A stretch of DNA of 32,000 nucleotides, from the sequence record OZ375201.1; one strand, 5' to 3'. Positions 1 to 9,798 of the stretch are shown here, one piece after another. Within the stretch, counting starts at the first letter, position 1. Every line of letters starts with the position of its first letter. The translations under genes were made by a program, and so were the position numbers. The notes below the pieces were generated by a model. It was not told where the DNA came from. It saw nothing but the letters and a program-made list of their open reading frames with translations, and searched no databases.

Positions 1-444
1 GAAGAAGCTGTAGATCCCGCAGTTACCCTTAAAGCTGTAGGACACCAATGGTATTGGGTTTATGAATATTCGGATTATAACTTAAGCGATGAAGAAGCTC
101 TTACATTTGAAAGTTATATGGTAGCCGAAGATGATCTAGAACCTGGCCAACTTCGTCTTTTAGAAGTAGATAACAGAGTAGTTCTTCCAGTTAAGACACA
201 TATTCGTGTTATTGTTACAGCTGCAGACGTTCTTCACAGTTGGGCTGTTCCTTCATTAGGTACTAAATGTGATGCAATTCCTGGCCGTCTAAACCAACTT
301 GACCTTTTCATTAAACGTGAAGGTGTTTTTTATGGCCAATGTAGTGAATTATGTGGTGTTAACCACGGATTCATGCCTATTGTCGTTGAAAGTGTTCCTG
401 TGAATGATTATATTGAGTGGGTATCAAATAAAATAGAAATTTAA
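1..444 (+). CDS. cox2: cytochrome c oxidase subunit 2, 5'-truncated by the window edge
   Basis: Frame 1 is open from base 1 ([23 protein letters not shown]...). The CuA motif [13 protein letters not shown] is present. TAA at 442-444. Confidence 0.97.
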   Translation, partial: EEAVDPAVTLKAVGHQWYWVYEYSDYNLSDEEALTFESYMVAEDDLEPGQLRLLEVDNRVVLPVKTHIRVIVTAADVLHSWAVPSLGTKCDAIPGRLNQLDLFIKREGVFYGQCSELCGVNHGFMPIVVESVPVNDYIEWVSNKIEI

Positions 445-446
445 TT

Positions 447-1250
447 ATGTCAGCATCAACTCTTCAAAGGCACCCTTTTCACCTTGTAGATCCTAGCCCT
501 TGGCCCTTTTTTGGATCTTTTTCAGCACTAACCTTAACTTCAGGTGCTGTTATGTATATGCACGGCTATGAATATGGTGGTTTCACTTTTAGTTTAGGTT
601 TTATATCTCTTCTTTATACAATGTTTGTTTGGTGGCGTGATGTTGTTCAGGAAGGAACTTATGAAGGCCACCATACAGAAGCAGTTCAAAGAGGTCTTCG
701 CTGGGGAATGATTCTTTTTATCGTTTCTGAGATTATGTTCTTCTTTGCTTTTTTCTGGGCTTTCTTTCACTCAAGTATTTCACCAGCTATTGAAATTGGA
801 GGAATTTGGCCTCCAAAAGGAATTGAAGTTCTAAGTCCTTGGGACGTTCCTCTTTTAAATACTTTAATTTTACTTCTTTCAGGTGCTTCTGTTACATGGG
901 CTCATCATGCTATCCTATGTGGAGAAAAAAATCAAATTCTTTACGCTTTAGCTGTAACAATAGTACTTGCTATCATTTTCACAGGCTTTCAAGGCCTTGA
1001 GTACGTAGAAGCGCCTTTTAGTATTTCTGATGGCGTTTATGGGTGTACATTCTTCTTAGCAACAGGTTTTCATGGATTCCACGTTTTTATTGGAACTCTA
1101 TTTTTAACTGTTTGTTTTTTCCGCCAAGTTTTTGGACATTTTACACCCTCTCACCACTTTGGGTTTGAAGCTGCTGCATGGTATTGGCACTTTGTCGATG
1201 TCGTATGGCTTTTCCTTTTCGTAAGTATTTATTGGTGGGGAGGACAATAA
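447..1250 (+). CDS. cox3: cytochrome c oxidase subunit 3
   Basis: 267-aa ORF with [12 protein letters not shown] at the N-terminus and [14 protein letters not shown] at the C-terminus. It starts 2 nt after the cox2 stop. Confidence 0.97.
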   Translation: MSASTLQRHPFHLVDPSPWPFFGSFSALTLTSGAVMYMHGYEYGGFTFSLGFISLLYTMFVWWRDVVQEGTYEGHHTEAVQRGLRWGMILFIVSEIMFFFAFFWAFFHSSISPAIEIGGIWPPKGIEVLSPWDVPLLNTLILLLSGASVTWAHHAILCGEKNQILYALAVTIVLAIIFTGFQGLEYVEAPFSISDGVYGCTFFLATGFHGFHVFIGTLFLTVCFFRQVFGHFTPSHHFGFEAAAWYWHFVDVVWLFLFVSIYWWGGQ

Positions 1251-1268
1251 ACAAATAATCTAATAAAA

Positions 1269-2021
1269 ATGATTTTTTCACCACTTGAACAATTTGCAAT
1301 TAACTGCCTTATTCCTTTCAGAATAGGTAGTTTTGATTTTAGTTTCACTAACTCTTCTCTTTTTATGATTGTAGGAACAGGGCTTGTTAGCCTTCTTATT
1401 TGGTTTGCAACAGTTAATGGAGGTAGACTAATCCCATCTCGTTGGCAATCTATTGTAGAAATGGTCTATGACTTTGTTTATGACATGGTTCAAAACCAAG
1501 TAGGTCCTGCAGGAAGACCTTATTTCCCTTTTATTTTTACTCTTTTCGTTTTCTTACTAGGAGCAAATTTAATCGGTATGATTCCTTATAGTTTTACATC
1601 GACAAGTCATATCGTTGTAACTTTTGGATTATCTCTTTCTATTTTTATTGGTGTTACCCTTCTTGGTATTCTAAGACATGGACTACATTTCCTTAGTTTC
1701 TTCTTACCTGCAGGAGCACCTTTAGCATTAGCCCCTCTCCTTGTGGTTCTTGAAGTAGTTTCTTATTCTTTTAGAGCTATTAGTTTAGGTGTTCGTCTTT
1801 TTGCTAATATGATGGCGGGACATACACTCGTTAAAATTCTAAGTGGATTCTCTTGGACCATGCTTTCTGTAGGTGGCTTCCTACTTCCATTAGGTTCTCT
1901 AGGGCCTTTCTTAGTAGTTTTTGCCCTTACAGGCTTAGAGTTAGGTGTTGCTTGCCTTCAAGCCTATGTATTCACAATCCTTACTTGTATCTATCTTAAC
2001 GACGCCCTTCATTTACACTAA
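1269..2021 (+). CDS. atp6: ATP synthase F0 subunit a
   Basis: 250-aa ORF with an SPLEQF N-terminus and the conserved GVRLFANMMAGH segment. Confidence 0.96.
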   Translation: MIFSPLEQFAINCLIPFRIGSFDFSFTNSSLFMIVGTGLVSLLIWFATVNGGRLIPSRWQSIVEMVYDFVYDMVQNQVGPAGRPYFPFIFTLFVFLLGANLIGMIPYSFTSTSHIVVTFGLSLSIFIGVTLLGILRHGLHFLSFFLPAGAPLALAPLLVVLEVVSYSFRAISLGVRLFANMMAGHTLVKILSGFSWTMLSVGGFLLPLGSLGPFLVVFALTGLELGVACLQAYVFTILTCIYLNDALHLH

Positions 2022-2114
2022 ATAAAGGGATACAAAAAGAGTAAAGGCCGGATAGACACCCTTAGTAGAAGAACTAATGTCTAATACCTAAATATTTAAT
2101 ATTTAACAGATTTT

Positions 2115-2188
2115 GTGCCTGTAGCTCAATTGGATAGAGTGTCAAACTACGGATTTGAAAGTTGAGAGTTCGAGTCTTTCCAGGCATA
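2115..2188 (+). tRNA. trnR(ACG): tRNA-Arg, anticodon ACG
   Basis: Hand-folded cloverleaf. Acceptor GTGCCTG/CAGGCAT, D arm GCTC..GAGT, anticodon loop CTACGGA, T arm GAGAG-TTCGAGT-CTTTC. Confidence 0.9.
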
Positions 2189-2231
2189 AATAGGGGAAAC
2201 TAAAGTTCATAATCTTTCCATAAAGGAGAGG

Positions 2232-2305
2232 GGGCACGTAGCTCAGTTGGTTAGAGCGTTCGCCCGATAAGCGAAAGGTCGGCAGTTCGAGTCTGCCAGT
2301 GCCCA
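2232..2305 (+). tRNA. trnI(GAU): tRNA-Ile, anticodon GAU (atypical: C33 and a G7-A66 mismatch)
   Basis: Cloverleaf GGGCACG-TA-GCTC..GAGC-G-TTCGC-CCGATAA-GCGAA-AGGTC-GGCAG-TTCGAGT-CTGCC-AGTGCCC-A. Resembles the bacterial rRNA-operon tRNA-Ile. Confidence 0.8.
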
Positions 2306-2352
2306 ATAAAACCCTTTAAGTACTGAGAAGATCGGGAGGCAAAAGGGAAGAA

Positions 2353-3823
<1,471 letters not shown>

Positions 3824-3851
3824 ATTTTTTTAATTTTTAATTCTCTGTAAT

Positions 3852-4307
3852 ATGCTTGCCCCGAAAAAAACAAAATTTCGTAAATTTCATCGAAGGATAA
3901 ACTTTTCTTATATTAAAAGAAAAGGGTCACGAAGTCGGCGAATTCTTCCTAAATCCTCTCTTAATCCTAAAACGGATCTAGTCTTTGGTTTCTGCGGTAT
4001 TAAAGCCTTAGAACCCGTTAAATTGCACGCACGATGCATTGAAGCAGCGAGACGGGCTATGACTAGACGCCTAAAAAGGTCTGGTAAGATTTGGATTCGC
4101 GTCTTTCCTTCTATTAGCATTTCAGCTAAACCTAACGAAATTCGTATGGGAAAAGGGAAAGGTCCCCATTCTTTTTGGGCTGCTTTCGTCAGACCTGGTC
4201 AAGTTCTATTTGAAATTGATCGTGTTCCACTTAAAGATGCTAAACATGCATGTGAACTTGCCAGTGCGAAACTTCCTATTAAAACAGCTTTTATTCAAAA
4301 AAAATGA
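3852..4307 (+). CDS. rpl16: ribosomal protein L16
   Basis: MLAPKKTKFRKFHRR... N-terminus and IRMGKGKG motif. The TGA stop overlaps the rpl14 ATG (ATGA at 4304-4307). Confidence 0.95.
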   Translation: MLAPKKTKFRKFHRRINFSYIKRKGSRSRRILPKSSLNPKTDLVFGFCGIKALEPVKLHARCIEAARRAMTRRLKRSGKIWIRVFPSISISAKPNEIRMGKGKGPHSFWAAFVRPGQVLFEIDRVPLKDAKHACELASAKLPIKTAFIQKK

Positions 4308-4666
4308 AAAACCACGGTACTTTCTTTACCCCAGCGGATAATTCAGGGGCTAAAAAGGTTTTTTGTATAAATCAACCTACGAAAAAGCTAAAAATTGGCC
4401 AGACAATTACCCTCTCTGTTAAACAAGCTTTACCTTCTCATAAATCTAGAGTAAAAAAGGGAAATATATATAAAGGCCTTATCTGTGAACTGAAACAGAA
4501 AAAAACACGCTTTAGCCATTTAGCACGTTCTTTTGGTGAAAATGCTGTTATCCTTGTTAATGCCAAAGGAGATCCAATCGGTACACGCGTACACTCTCTA
4601 GCTTCCTTCGAACTACGAGCTGCTGGACACGCTAAGGTTGCTTCTATTTCTCCTTTTTTATTTTAA
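4304..4666 (+). CDS. rpl14: ribosomal protein L14
   Basis: 120-aa ORF with the ADNSGAKK motif near the N-terminus. Position after rpl16 matches bacterial spc order. Confidence 0.92.
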   Translation: MKNHGTFFTPADNSGAKKVFCINQPTKKLKIGQTITLSVKQALPSHKSRVKKGNIYKGLICELKQKKTRFSHLARSFGENAVILVNAKGDPIGTRVHSLASFELRAAGHAKVASISPFLF

Positions 4667-4711
4667 ATTTATCTTAGGACTTTCTTAACTTTTTAAAACT
4701 CCTTATATAAT

Positions 4712-5224
4712 ATGTACCACCTTAGTCTTAAACAAAACATTTCTCCTATAAAATCTAGAAATCTTTTAGATAAGATCCTTCTTCGTTCAAATATGCCTGA
4801 CATTGAGTCTTTTCCCGCAGCGGCTCTTAGTCTTCATGCCATTGCAGGACAATGGCCTAAAACTAATTATGCCAAAAGGCCTTTAGCTGGCTTCAAAATC
4901 AGAAAAGATCAACCTTTGAGCCTTCAATTAACATTAAGGTCCAATCGTATGCATTATTTTCTACGCCATTTAATATTTGCAGTACTTCCTAAGTTTGTAG
5001 ATTTCGATGGTGTAAACAAGAAAAAAGTGGATTCACAAGGAAACCTACACTTCGGCTTAACTCAATTCTTTTTTTGGCCTCAATGTGAAGCTTTTTATGA
5101 GATCTTTAGAAAGCCTACAGGTTTTCATATAAGTTTAGTTTCAAAAGGCGCTCCTAAAACAAAAACCATGATTTATTCATATTTAGGCCTTCCTTTAACA
5201 GATGAAGAATCAAACTCCTTATAA
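4712..5224 (+). CDS. rpl5: ribosomal protein L5
   Basis: 170-aa ORF with L5-like segments (ITGQ-like AIAGQWP, FDGVNKKKVDSQGNLHFGL). Syntenic after rpl14. Confidence 0.88.
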   Translation: MYHLSLKQNISPIKSRNLLDKILLRSNMPDIESFPAAALSLHAIAGQWPKTNYAKRPLAGFKIRKDQPLSLQLTLRSNRMHYFLRHLIFAVLPKFVDFDGVNKKKVDSQGNLHFGLTQFFFWPQCEAFYEIFRKPTGFHISLVSKGAPKTKTMIYSYLGLPLTDEESNSL

Positions 5225-5388
5225 CTCCTTATAACTCCAATTTTGTCCGTTTTACAGGGTATTTGATCATTTTAGGTAAATATGCCTAACTTTAGTCTAA
5301 ACCCCTCTTAAAACACGTTATACGGGCAATTATAAGAACATTTAGAACTTATTCCTATTTGTAAACCTATAAAAACAAAAGATCAAAA

Positions 5389-5688
5389 ATGAAAAAGCAA
5401 ATAAACAAGGATATAAAAAGACGCAAACTTTTTAAACGCTACGAATTAAAAAGACGTCTTCTCCTAGGCTTAGTTAATGATTTGTCAATTCCACTTGAAA
5501 AAAGACTAGAATTTATCTCACTTCTAAATAAATTACCAAGGAATGCATCAAAGACCCGCACAAAGAATAGATGTATTTTAACAGGGCGGTCTAAAAGTGT
5601 TTATAGGTTTTGCAAATTGTCTAGACTAGGACTAAGGGATTTAGGCTCAAAAGGTTTAATCCCTGGACTTTCTAAAAAATCATGGTAA
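5389..5688 (+). CDS. rps14: ribosomal protein S14
   Basis: 99-aa ORF ending NRCILTGRSKSVYRFCKLSRLGLRDLGSKGLIPGLSKKSW, the typical S14 C-terminus. Confidence 0.94.
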   Translation: MKKQINKDIKRRKLFKRYELKRRLLLGLVNDLSIPLEKRLEFISLLNKLPRNASKTRTKNRCILTGRSKSVYRFCKLSRLGLRDLGSKGLIPGLSKKSW

Positions 5689-5707
5689 AACTACATAAAG
5701 AAAAAAA

Positions 5708-6088
5708 ATGAACGTATTTTCTGATTTTTATTCACGCCTTCAAAGTGCCCAACGTGCAGGTCTCCCTTGTGTAGGTCTACCCTGGTCTCATAAAATCTAT
5801 CGATTCGGCCTTCTCTTGAAACGCCTTAAATATATAGAAGACCTTGAATGCATTGATAATTCGGAAAAAAAGTCCTGTACTATTTGGTTTTATTTAAAAC
5901 CTGGAAGCTTTTCTTATCTACGACAGATAAGCAAGCCAAGCTTACGAGTTTATAAAAAAGCTAAGGAGATACACCCGTATAAGAAAGCTTATGGTTCTCT
6001 TATCCTTTCAACTTCTAAAGGCCTATTATCTTGCCAAGAAGCCCAAGCCTTAGGCTTGGGGGGTGAACTTATGTGTGAAATTTATTAA
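5708..6088 (+). CDS. rps8: ribosomal protein S8
   Basis: 126-aa ORF ending LILSTSKGLLSCQEAQALGLGGELMCEIY (S8 C-terminal signature). Syntenic after rps14. Confidence 0.9.
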   Translation: MNVFSDFYSRLQSAQRAGLPCVGLPWSHKIYRFGLLLKRLKYIEDLECIDNSEKKSCTIWFYLKPGSFSYLRQISKPSLRVYKKAKEIHPYKKAYGSLILSTSKGLLSCQEAQALGLGGELMCEIY

Positions 6089-6092
6089 AAAT

Positions 6093-6380
6093 ATGCCCCG
6101 TTCTGTATGGAAAGGGCCTTTTGTTGACCCTGGTTTATTACGATCTATCCTTAAGACACAAGACCAGAAATATACAAAAGGCCCCATAAAAGTATATTCA
6201 CGACGTTCTATGATTCTTCCTGAATTTATTGGACTTGAAGTTGACATTTATAACGGAAAAAGTTTCCAAACAGTTCTTCTTAAAGAAGAAATGATAGGTC
6301 ATTCTTTTGGAGAATTTGCACCCACAAGAAAACTATTTGTCCCTAAAGAAAAAAAGAAAGAAAAGGCTAAAAAAAAATAA
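6093..6380 (+). CDS. rps19: ribosomal protein S19 (start moved to the internal ATG)
   Basis: The canonical S19 N-terminus MPRSVWKGPFVD begins at the ATG at 6093. The tracked ORF start at 6063 would overlap rps8. Confidence 0.9.
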   Translation: MPRSVWKGPFVDPGLLRSILKTQDQKYTKGPIKVYSRRSMILPEFIGLEVDIYNGKSFQTVLLKEEMIGHSFGEFAPTRKLFVPKEKKKEKAKKK

Positions 6381-6388
6381 TAAAATAA

Positions 6389-7441
6389 ATGGCACAAAAA
6401 ACTAACCCCATAAGTCTTCGACTAAAATTAAACAGGCGTTTTGATTCTTTTTGGTGGTCTTCCTTTTTCTATTCTAGGCTTTTTGATAGGGATCTCTTAA
6501 TGAGAAAACATTTCCGTAAAGTCTTCCGACAAAGTAAAAGAAGATCATTAGGGCGAATTGCTTATACTGGAGACTCTAAAAGACAAAAAGTCTTTCTCTT
6601 TTGGGCAAAACCAAACCAAGTCGAAAAAATAGAGAAACCTTCATTTTGGAGAAGAAGAAGAAATTTAACTCAAAAGATAAAAAAAACTTCTTTTCGTTCT
6701 TTACCAGTTCAAGGGAACACTCTTTTGAATATTAACTCTCCTTTACCAAGAAAATCTTTACAGGAAAAAGCCAGACTTCTGCGTCTTTTAGGTCTGGTAT
6801 TTTCTTCTACTCTTCTTAACCCAAGAGACAAAAAGAATGCTTATTCTCAAATTACTAGCATACTTACAGAACAAAAGTATTTTTCGTCTCCTTCAAGTTT
6901 TTTCTCGCATCTTCAATTACAGAGAGCGTTTAATCACCTTAAGAATACCAAGAGTAAAAAAACCAAAGTAAAAAAAAGAAACAACGACAAGACCTTATTG
7001 TTGGAAAACACAGGACCTTCTAAACAAAGGGAAAAATTAACTAAAAGTATTAAAAAGTCTTTCAAATATGGCCTAGAAAACCATGTCCAACAGTCTTTTC
7101 AAATACAGTCATCTATATCACCCTCTGTTTTAGATAATCCTTACTTAAGTGCCGTAACACTAAATGATTTTATAGAGGATCAATTAAGAAGGCGTATCTT
7201 CTTTAAGAAAGTTTTTGGAACAATTAAACGGGATACTCAAAAACTTTTTAGGCAAGGTCATTTAAAAGGAATCAGAATACTTCTTTCAGGAAGGTTAGGC
7301 CGACCTGAAAAGGCAAAAACTGCATCCCTTTATATTGGTAGAACTTCTTTAAATTCATTTAAAGAACGTATTGACTACGCGTCTTCGTCCGCTCTAACAC
7401 GTTACGGTCAAATAGGAATAAAAGTTTGGCTTTCTTTTTAA
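6389..7441 (+). CDS. rps3: ribosomal protein S3 with an expanded central region
   Basis: N-terminus MAQKTNPISLRL. C-terminal domain GIRILLSGRLGRPEKAKTASLYIGRTSLNSFKERIDYA...GIKVWLSF. The two are separated by a K/S-rich insert. Confidence 0.92.
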   Translation: MAQKTNPISLRLKLNRRFDSFWWSSFFYSRLFDRDLLMRKHFRKVFRQSKRRSLGRIAYTGDSKRQKVFLFWAKPNQVEKIEKPSFWRRRRNLTQKIKKTSFRSLPVQGNTLLNINSPLPRKSLQEKARLLRLLGLVFSSTLLNPRDKKNAYSQITSILTEQKYFSSPSSFFSHLQLQRAFNHLKNTKSKKTKVKKRNNDKTLLLENTGPSKQREKLTKSIKKSFKYGLENHVQQSFQIQSSISPSVLDNPYLSAVTLNDFIEDQLRRRIFFKKVFGTIKRDTQKLFRQGHLKGIRILLSGRLGRPEKAKTASLYIGRTSLNSFKERIDYASSSALTRYGQIGIKVWLSF

Positions 7442-7505
7442 ATATTTTTTGATTAAAGAAAACTATTATTTTTTTCCCCTTAAGTAAACGCCTCAAATAA
7501 TTTAA

Positions 7506-7763
<258 letters not shown>

Positions 7764-7856
7764 GACAAATCATTAACCTAGGATAGAGAAGAAAAAATCA
7801 TGCCTACATAATAATTTAAGATTATAAAATTATAATATCTTTATTACTTTTAAGTG

Positions 7857-7936
7857 CAAAAGTCCTGGTATGCACCCTGAATAGGAGAAAGATCTTGTAA
7901 AAAGTTCTGGTGTGCACCCTTAATGAGGAAAACCTC
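7857..7936 (+). repeat. two tandem copies (42-bp period) of the dispersed CTGGTRTGCACCCT... motif
   Basis: Copy at 7863-7891 is tcctggtatgcaccctgaataggagaaag. Copy at 7905-7933 is ttctggtgtgcacccttaatgaggaaaac. Related copies lie at 15987-16015 (+) and 19975-20003 (-). Confidence 0.8.
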
Positions 7937-8000
7937 CTAATGGGCCCCCTTAAAAGAAAATAAAACTCTAAACCATACAAAAACACATAAAAAGCCTGAT

Positions 8001-8082
8001 GCGGATATGGCGGAATTGGCAGACGCGCTAGTTTTAGGCACTAGTAAAGGAATTTGTGGGGGTTCAAGTCCCTCTATCCGTA
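8001..8082 (+). tRNA. trnL(UAG): tRNA-Leu, anticodon UAG (long variable arm)
   Basis: Acceptor GCGGATA/TATCCGT, anticodon arm CTAGT-TTTAGGC-ACTAG, 13-nt variable arm, T arm GGGGG-TTCAAGT-CCCTC. Confidence 0.9.
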
Positions 8083-8085
8083 GAA

Positions 8086-8157
8086 GGGTGTGTAGCTCAG
8101 TGGTAGAGCATCGGGCTTTTAACCTGGTGGTCGTAGGTTCGAACCCTATCACACTCA
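8086..8157 (+). tRNA. trnK(UUU): tRNA-Lys, anticodon UUU
   Basis: Acceptor GGGTGTG/CACACTC, anticodon loop CTTTTAA, T arm GTAGG-TTCGAAC-CCTAT. Confidence 0.9.
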
Positions 8158-8194
8158 AAACTTAAATAACTGAGAGAAGTGGCGAAAAAATAAA

Positions 8195-9169
8195 ATGTTT
8201 ATTGCAGGAATACTTTTAAAAATTTTAGGTTTAATCGTTCCGTTACTTTTAGGTATTGCCTTTATGGTCTTAGCTGAAAGAAAAGTGATGGGATCTATAC
8301 AAAGAAGAAAAGGTCCTAATGTTGTAGGTACCTTTGGACTTCTTCAACCTATCGCAGATGGCCTAAAGTTAATGGTTAAGGAACCAGTCCTTCCAAGTAA
8401 CGCAAATTTGATGATTTTCTTAGCCGCTCCGGTTTTAACTTTTATGTTAGCCTTAATTTCTTGGGCTGTAATTCCTTTTGGAGATTCTCTTGTTTTATGT
8501 GACCTAAATATAGGGGTTCTTTACCTCTTTGCTGTATCATCTTTAGGTGTATACGGTGTCATTATGGCTGGATGGTCAAGTAACTCTAAGTACGCTTTCC
8601 TTGGGGCTTTAAGATCAACAGCACAAATGGTTTCATACGAAGTATCTTTAGGGCTTATTTTAATATCAACTCTAATTTTTGCAGGATCTCTAAATTTTAC
8701 AGAAATTGTGGAAAGCCAGAAAGAGGTATGGTTTCTTGTTCCTCTTTTCCCCCTTTTCATGTTGTTTTTCATTTCTTGCTTAGCAGAAACAAATAGAGCT
8801 CCGTTTGACCTACCTGAAGCCGAAGCGGAACTTGTTGCCGGTTATAACGTTGAATATTCATCAATGGCCTTTGCTTTATTCTTCCTAGGAGAGTATGGTA
8901 ATATGATCTTAATGTGCAGCTTTTGTTCTATTATGTTCTGTGGTGGTTGGTTACCCCTAATCTCTGCTTTAGATTTTATGCCTCCTGGTTTTTGGCTAGG
9001 CCTAAAAGCATCATTTTTCCTTTTTGGTTTTATTTGGGTTCGTGCAGCATTCCCACGCTATCGCTACGACCAATTAATGAGGCTAGGGTGGAAAGTATTC
9101 TTACCATTATCTTTAGCTTGGGTTTTCTTTGTATCAGGACTAATGATAGGCTTTGATTGGCTACCATAA
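8195..9169 (+). CDS. nad1: NADH dehydrogenase subunit 1
   Basis: 324-aa ORF with [20 protein letters not shown] and [25 protein letters not shown] motifs. Confidence 0.97.
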   Translation: MFIAGILLKILGLIVPLLLGIAFMVLAERKVMGSIQRRKGPNVVGTFGLLQPIADGLKLMVKEPVLPSNANLMIFLAAPVLTFMLALISWAVIPFGDSLVLCDLNIGVLYLFAVSSLGVYGVIMAGWSSNSKYAFLGALRSTAQMVSYEVSLGLILISTLIFAGSLNFTEIVESQKEVWFLVPLFPLFMLFFISCLAETNRAPFDLPEAEAELVAGYNVEYSSMAFALFFLGEYGNMILMCSFCSIMFCGGWLPLISALDFMPPGFWLGLKASFFLFGFIWVRAAFPRYRYDQLMRLGWKVFLPLSLAWVFFVSGLMIGFDWLP

Positions 9170-9200
9170 AGAAAACATACAGGAGTTTTTTAACTCTTAT

Positions 9201-9271
9201 GCGGGTATAGCTCAATGGTAGAGTATAGCTTTGCCATAGCTGTGATGAGGGTTCGATTCCCTCTATCCGCT
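9201..9271 (+). tRNA. trnG(GCC): tRNA-Gly, anticodon GCC
   Basis: Acceptor GCGGGTA/TATCCGC, anticodon arm TAGCT-TTGCCAT-AGCTG, T arm GAGGG-TTCGATT-CCCTC. Confidence 0.88.
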
Positions 9272-9281
9272 TAAAACGGGA

Positions 9282-9353
9282 GTCCCTTTCGTCTAGTGGT
9301 TAGGACATTACTTTTTCAAGGTAAGAACACGGGTTCGATCCCCGTAAGGGACG
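9282..9353 (+). tRNA. trnE(UUC): tRNA-Glu, anticodon UUC
   Basis: Acceptor GTCCCTT/AAGGGAC, D arm GTCT..GGAC, anticodon loop TTTTCAA, T arm ACGGG-TTCGATC-CCCGT. Confidence 0.9.
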
Positions 9354-9541
9354 TTATATAATATACACACCACACGCAAATCATCTTATAAAGGCCCTTA
9401 TAATACGTTTTAAGGGGGGTTTAAGCTAAAAATGGTGCACCTGGGTGTAATTATGAAAAAAGTAACTTTTACTCCATTAGAAGGACATCTCTTAATCCGG
9501 TTCGTTACATGCGTAAGACTTGGCCCTAAATATCAAGGGAA

Positions 9542-9614
9542 AGGAGAATAGTTCCAATGGTAGAACAACGGTTTCCAAAACCGCAGGTTAGGGGTTCGAA
9601 TCCCCTTTCTCCTG
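9542..9614 (+). tRNA. trnW(CCA): tRNA-Trp, anticodon CCA
   Basis: Acceptor AGGAGAA/TTCTCCT, anticodon arm ACGGT-TTCCAAA-ACCGC, T arm AGGGG-TTCGAAT-CCCCT. The CCA anticodon fits a standard code. Confidence 0.9.
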
Positions 9615-9627
9615 AAGATAGAATAAA

Positions 9628-9698
9628 TGCGGGTAAAGGGAATCGAACCCTTATCCTCTGCTTGGAAGGCAGATAATTTACCATTAATCCATACCCGC
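9628..9698 (-). tRNA. trnG(UCC): tRNA-Gly, anticodon UCC
   Basis: The reverse complement folds as GCGGGTA..TCTGC-CTTCCAA-GCAGA..AAGGG-TTCGATT-CCCTT-TACCCGC-A. Confidence 0.88.
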
Positions 9699-9717
9699 TT
9701 ATTAAAATAAAAAGATA

Positions 9718-9798
9718 GCCCGTTTGGTGAAATTGGTAAACACGACAGACTTAAAATCTGTTCCCTATGGGTTATCGGTTCAAGTCCGATAATGGGCA
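9718..9798 (+). tRNA. trnL(UAA): tRNA-Leu, anticodon UAA (long variable arm)
   Basis: Acceptor GCCCGTT/AATGGGC, anticodon arm ACAGA-CTTAAAA-TCTGT, long variable arm, T arm ATCGG-TTCAAGT-CCGAT. Confidence 0.9.

Noticed and set aside
7937-8158. 73-aa minus-strand ORF
   Set aside because: It is antisense to trnL(UAG) and trnK(UUU). The peptide simply reads through the tRNA genes.
8521-8772. Antisense or alternate-frame ORFs within known genes: 3908-4120, 6050-6247, 8521-8772, 8914-9156, 9030-9215, 11263-11562, 11999-12181, 12920-13123, 15050-15268, 15523-15780, 17241-17450, 18094-18300, 18359-18541, 19669-19917, 20131-20421, 22799-22987, 25553-25750, 26622-26831
   Set aside because: Each is 60-100 aa, nested in or antisense to a gene with strong homology-type evidence, and has no recognisable motif. 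They match the chance ORFs expected in AT-rich DNA.
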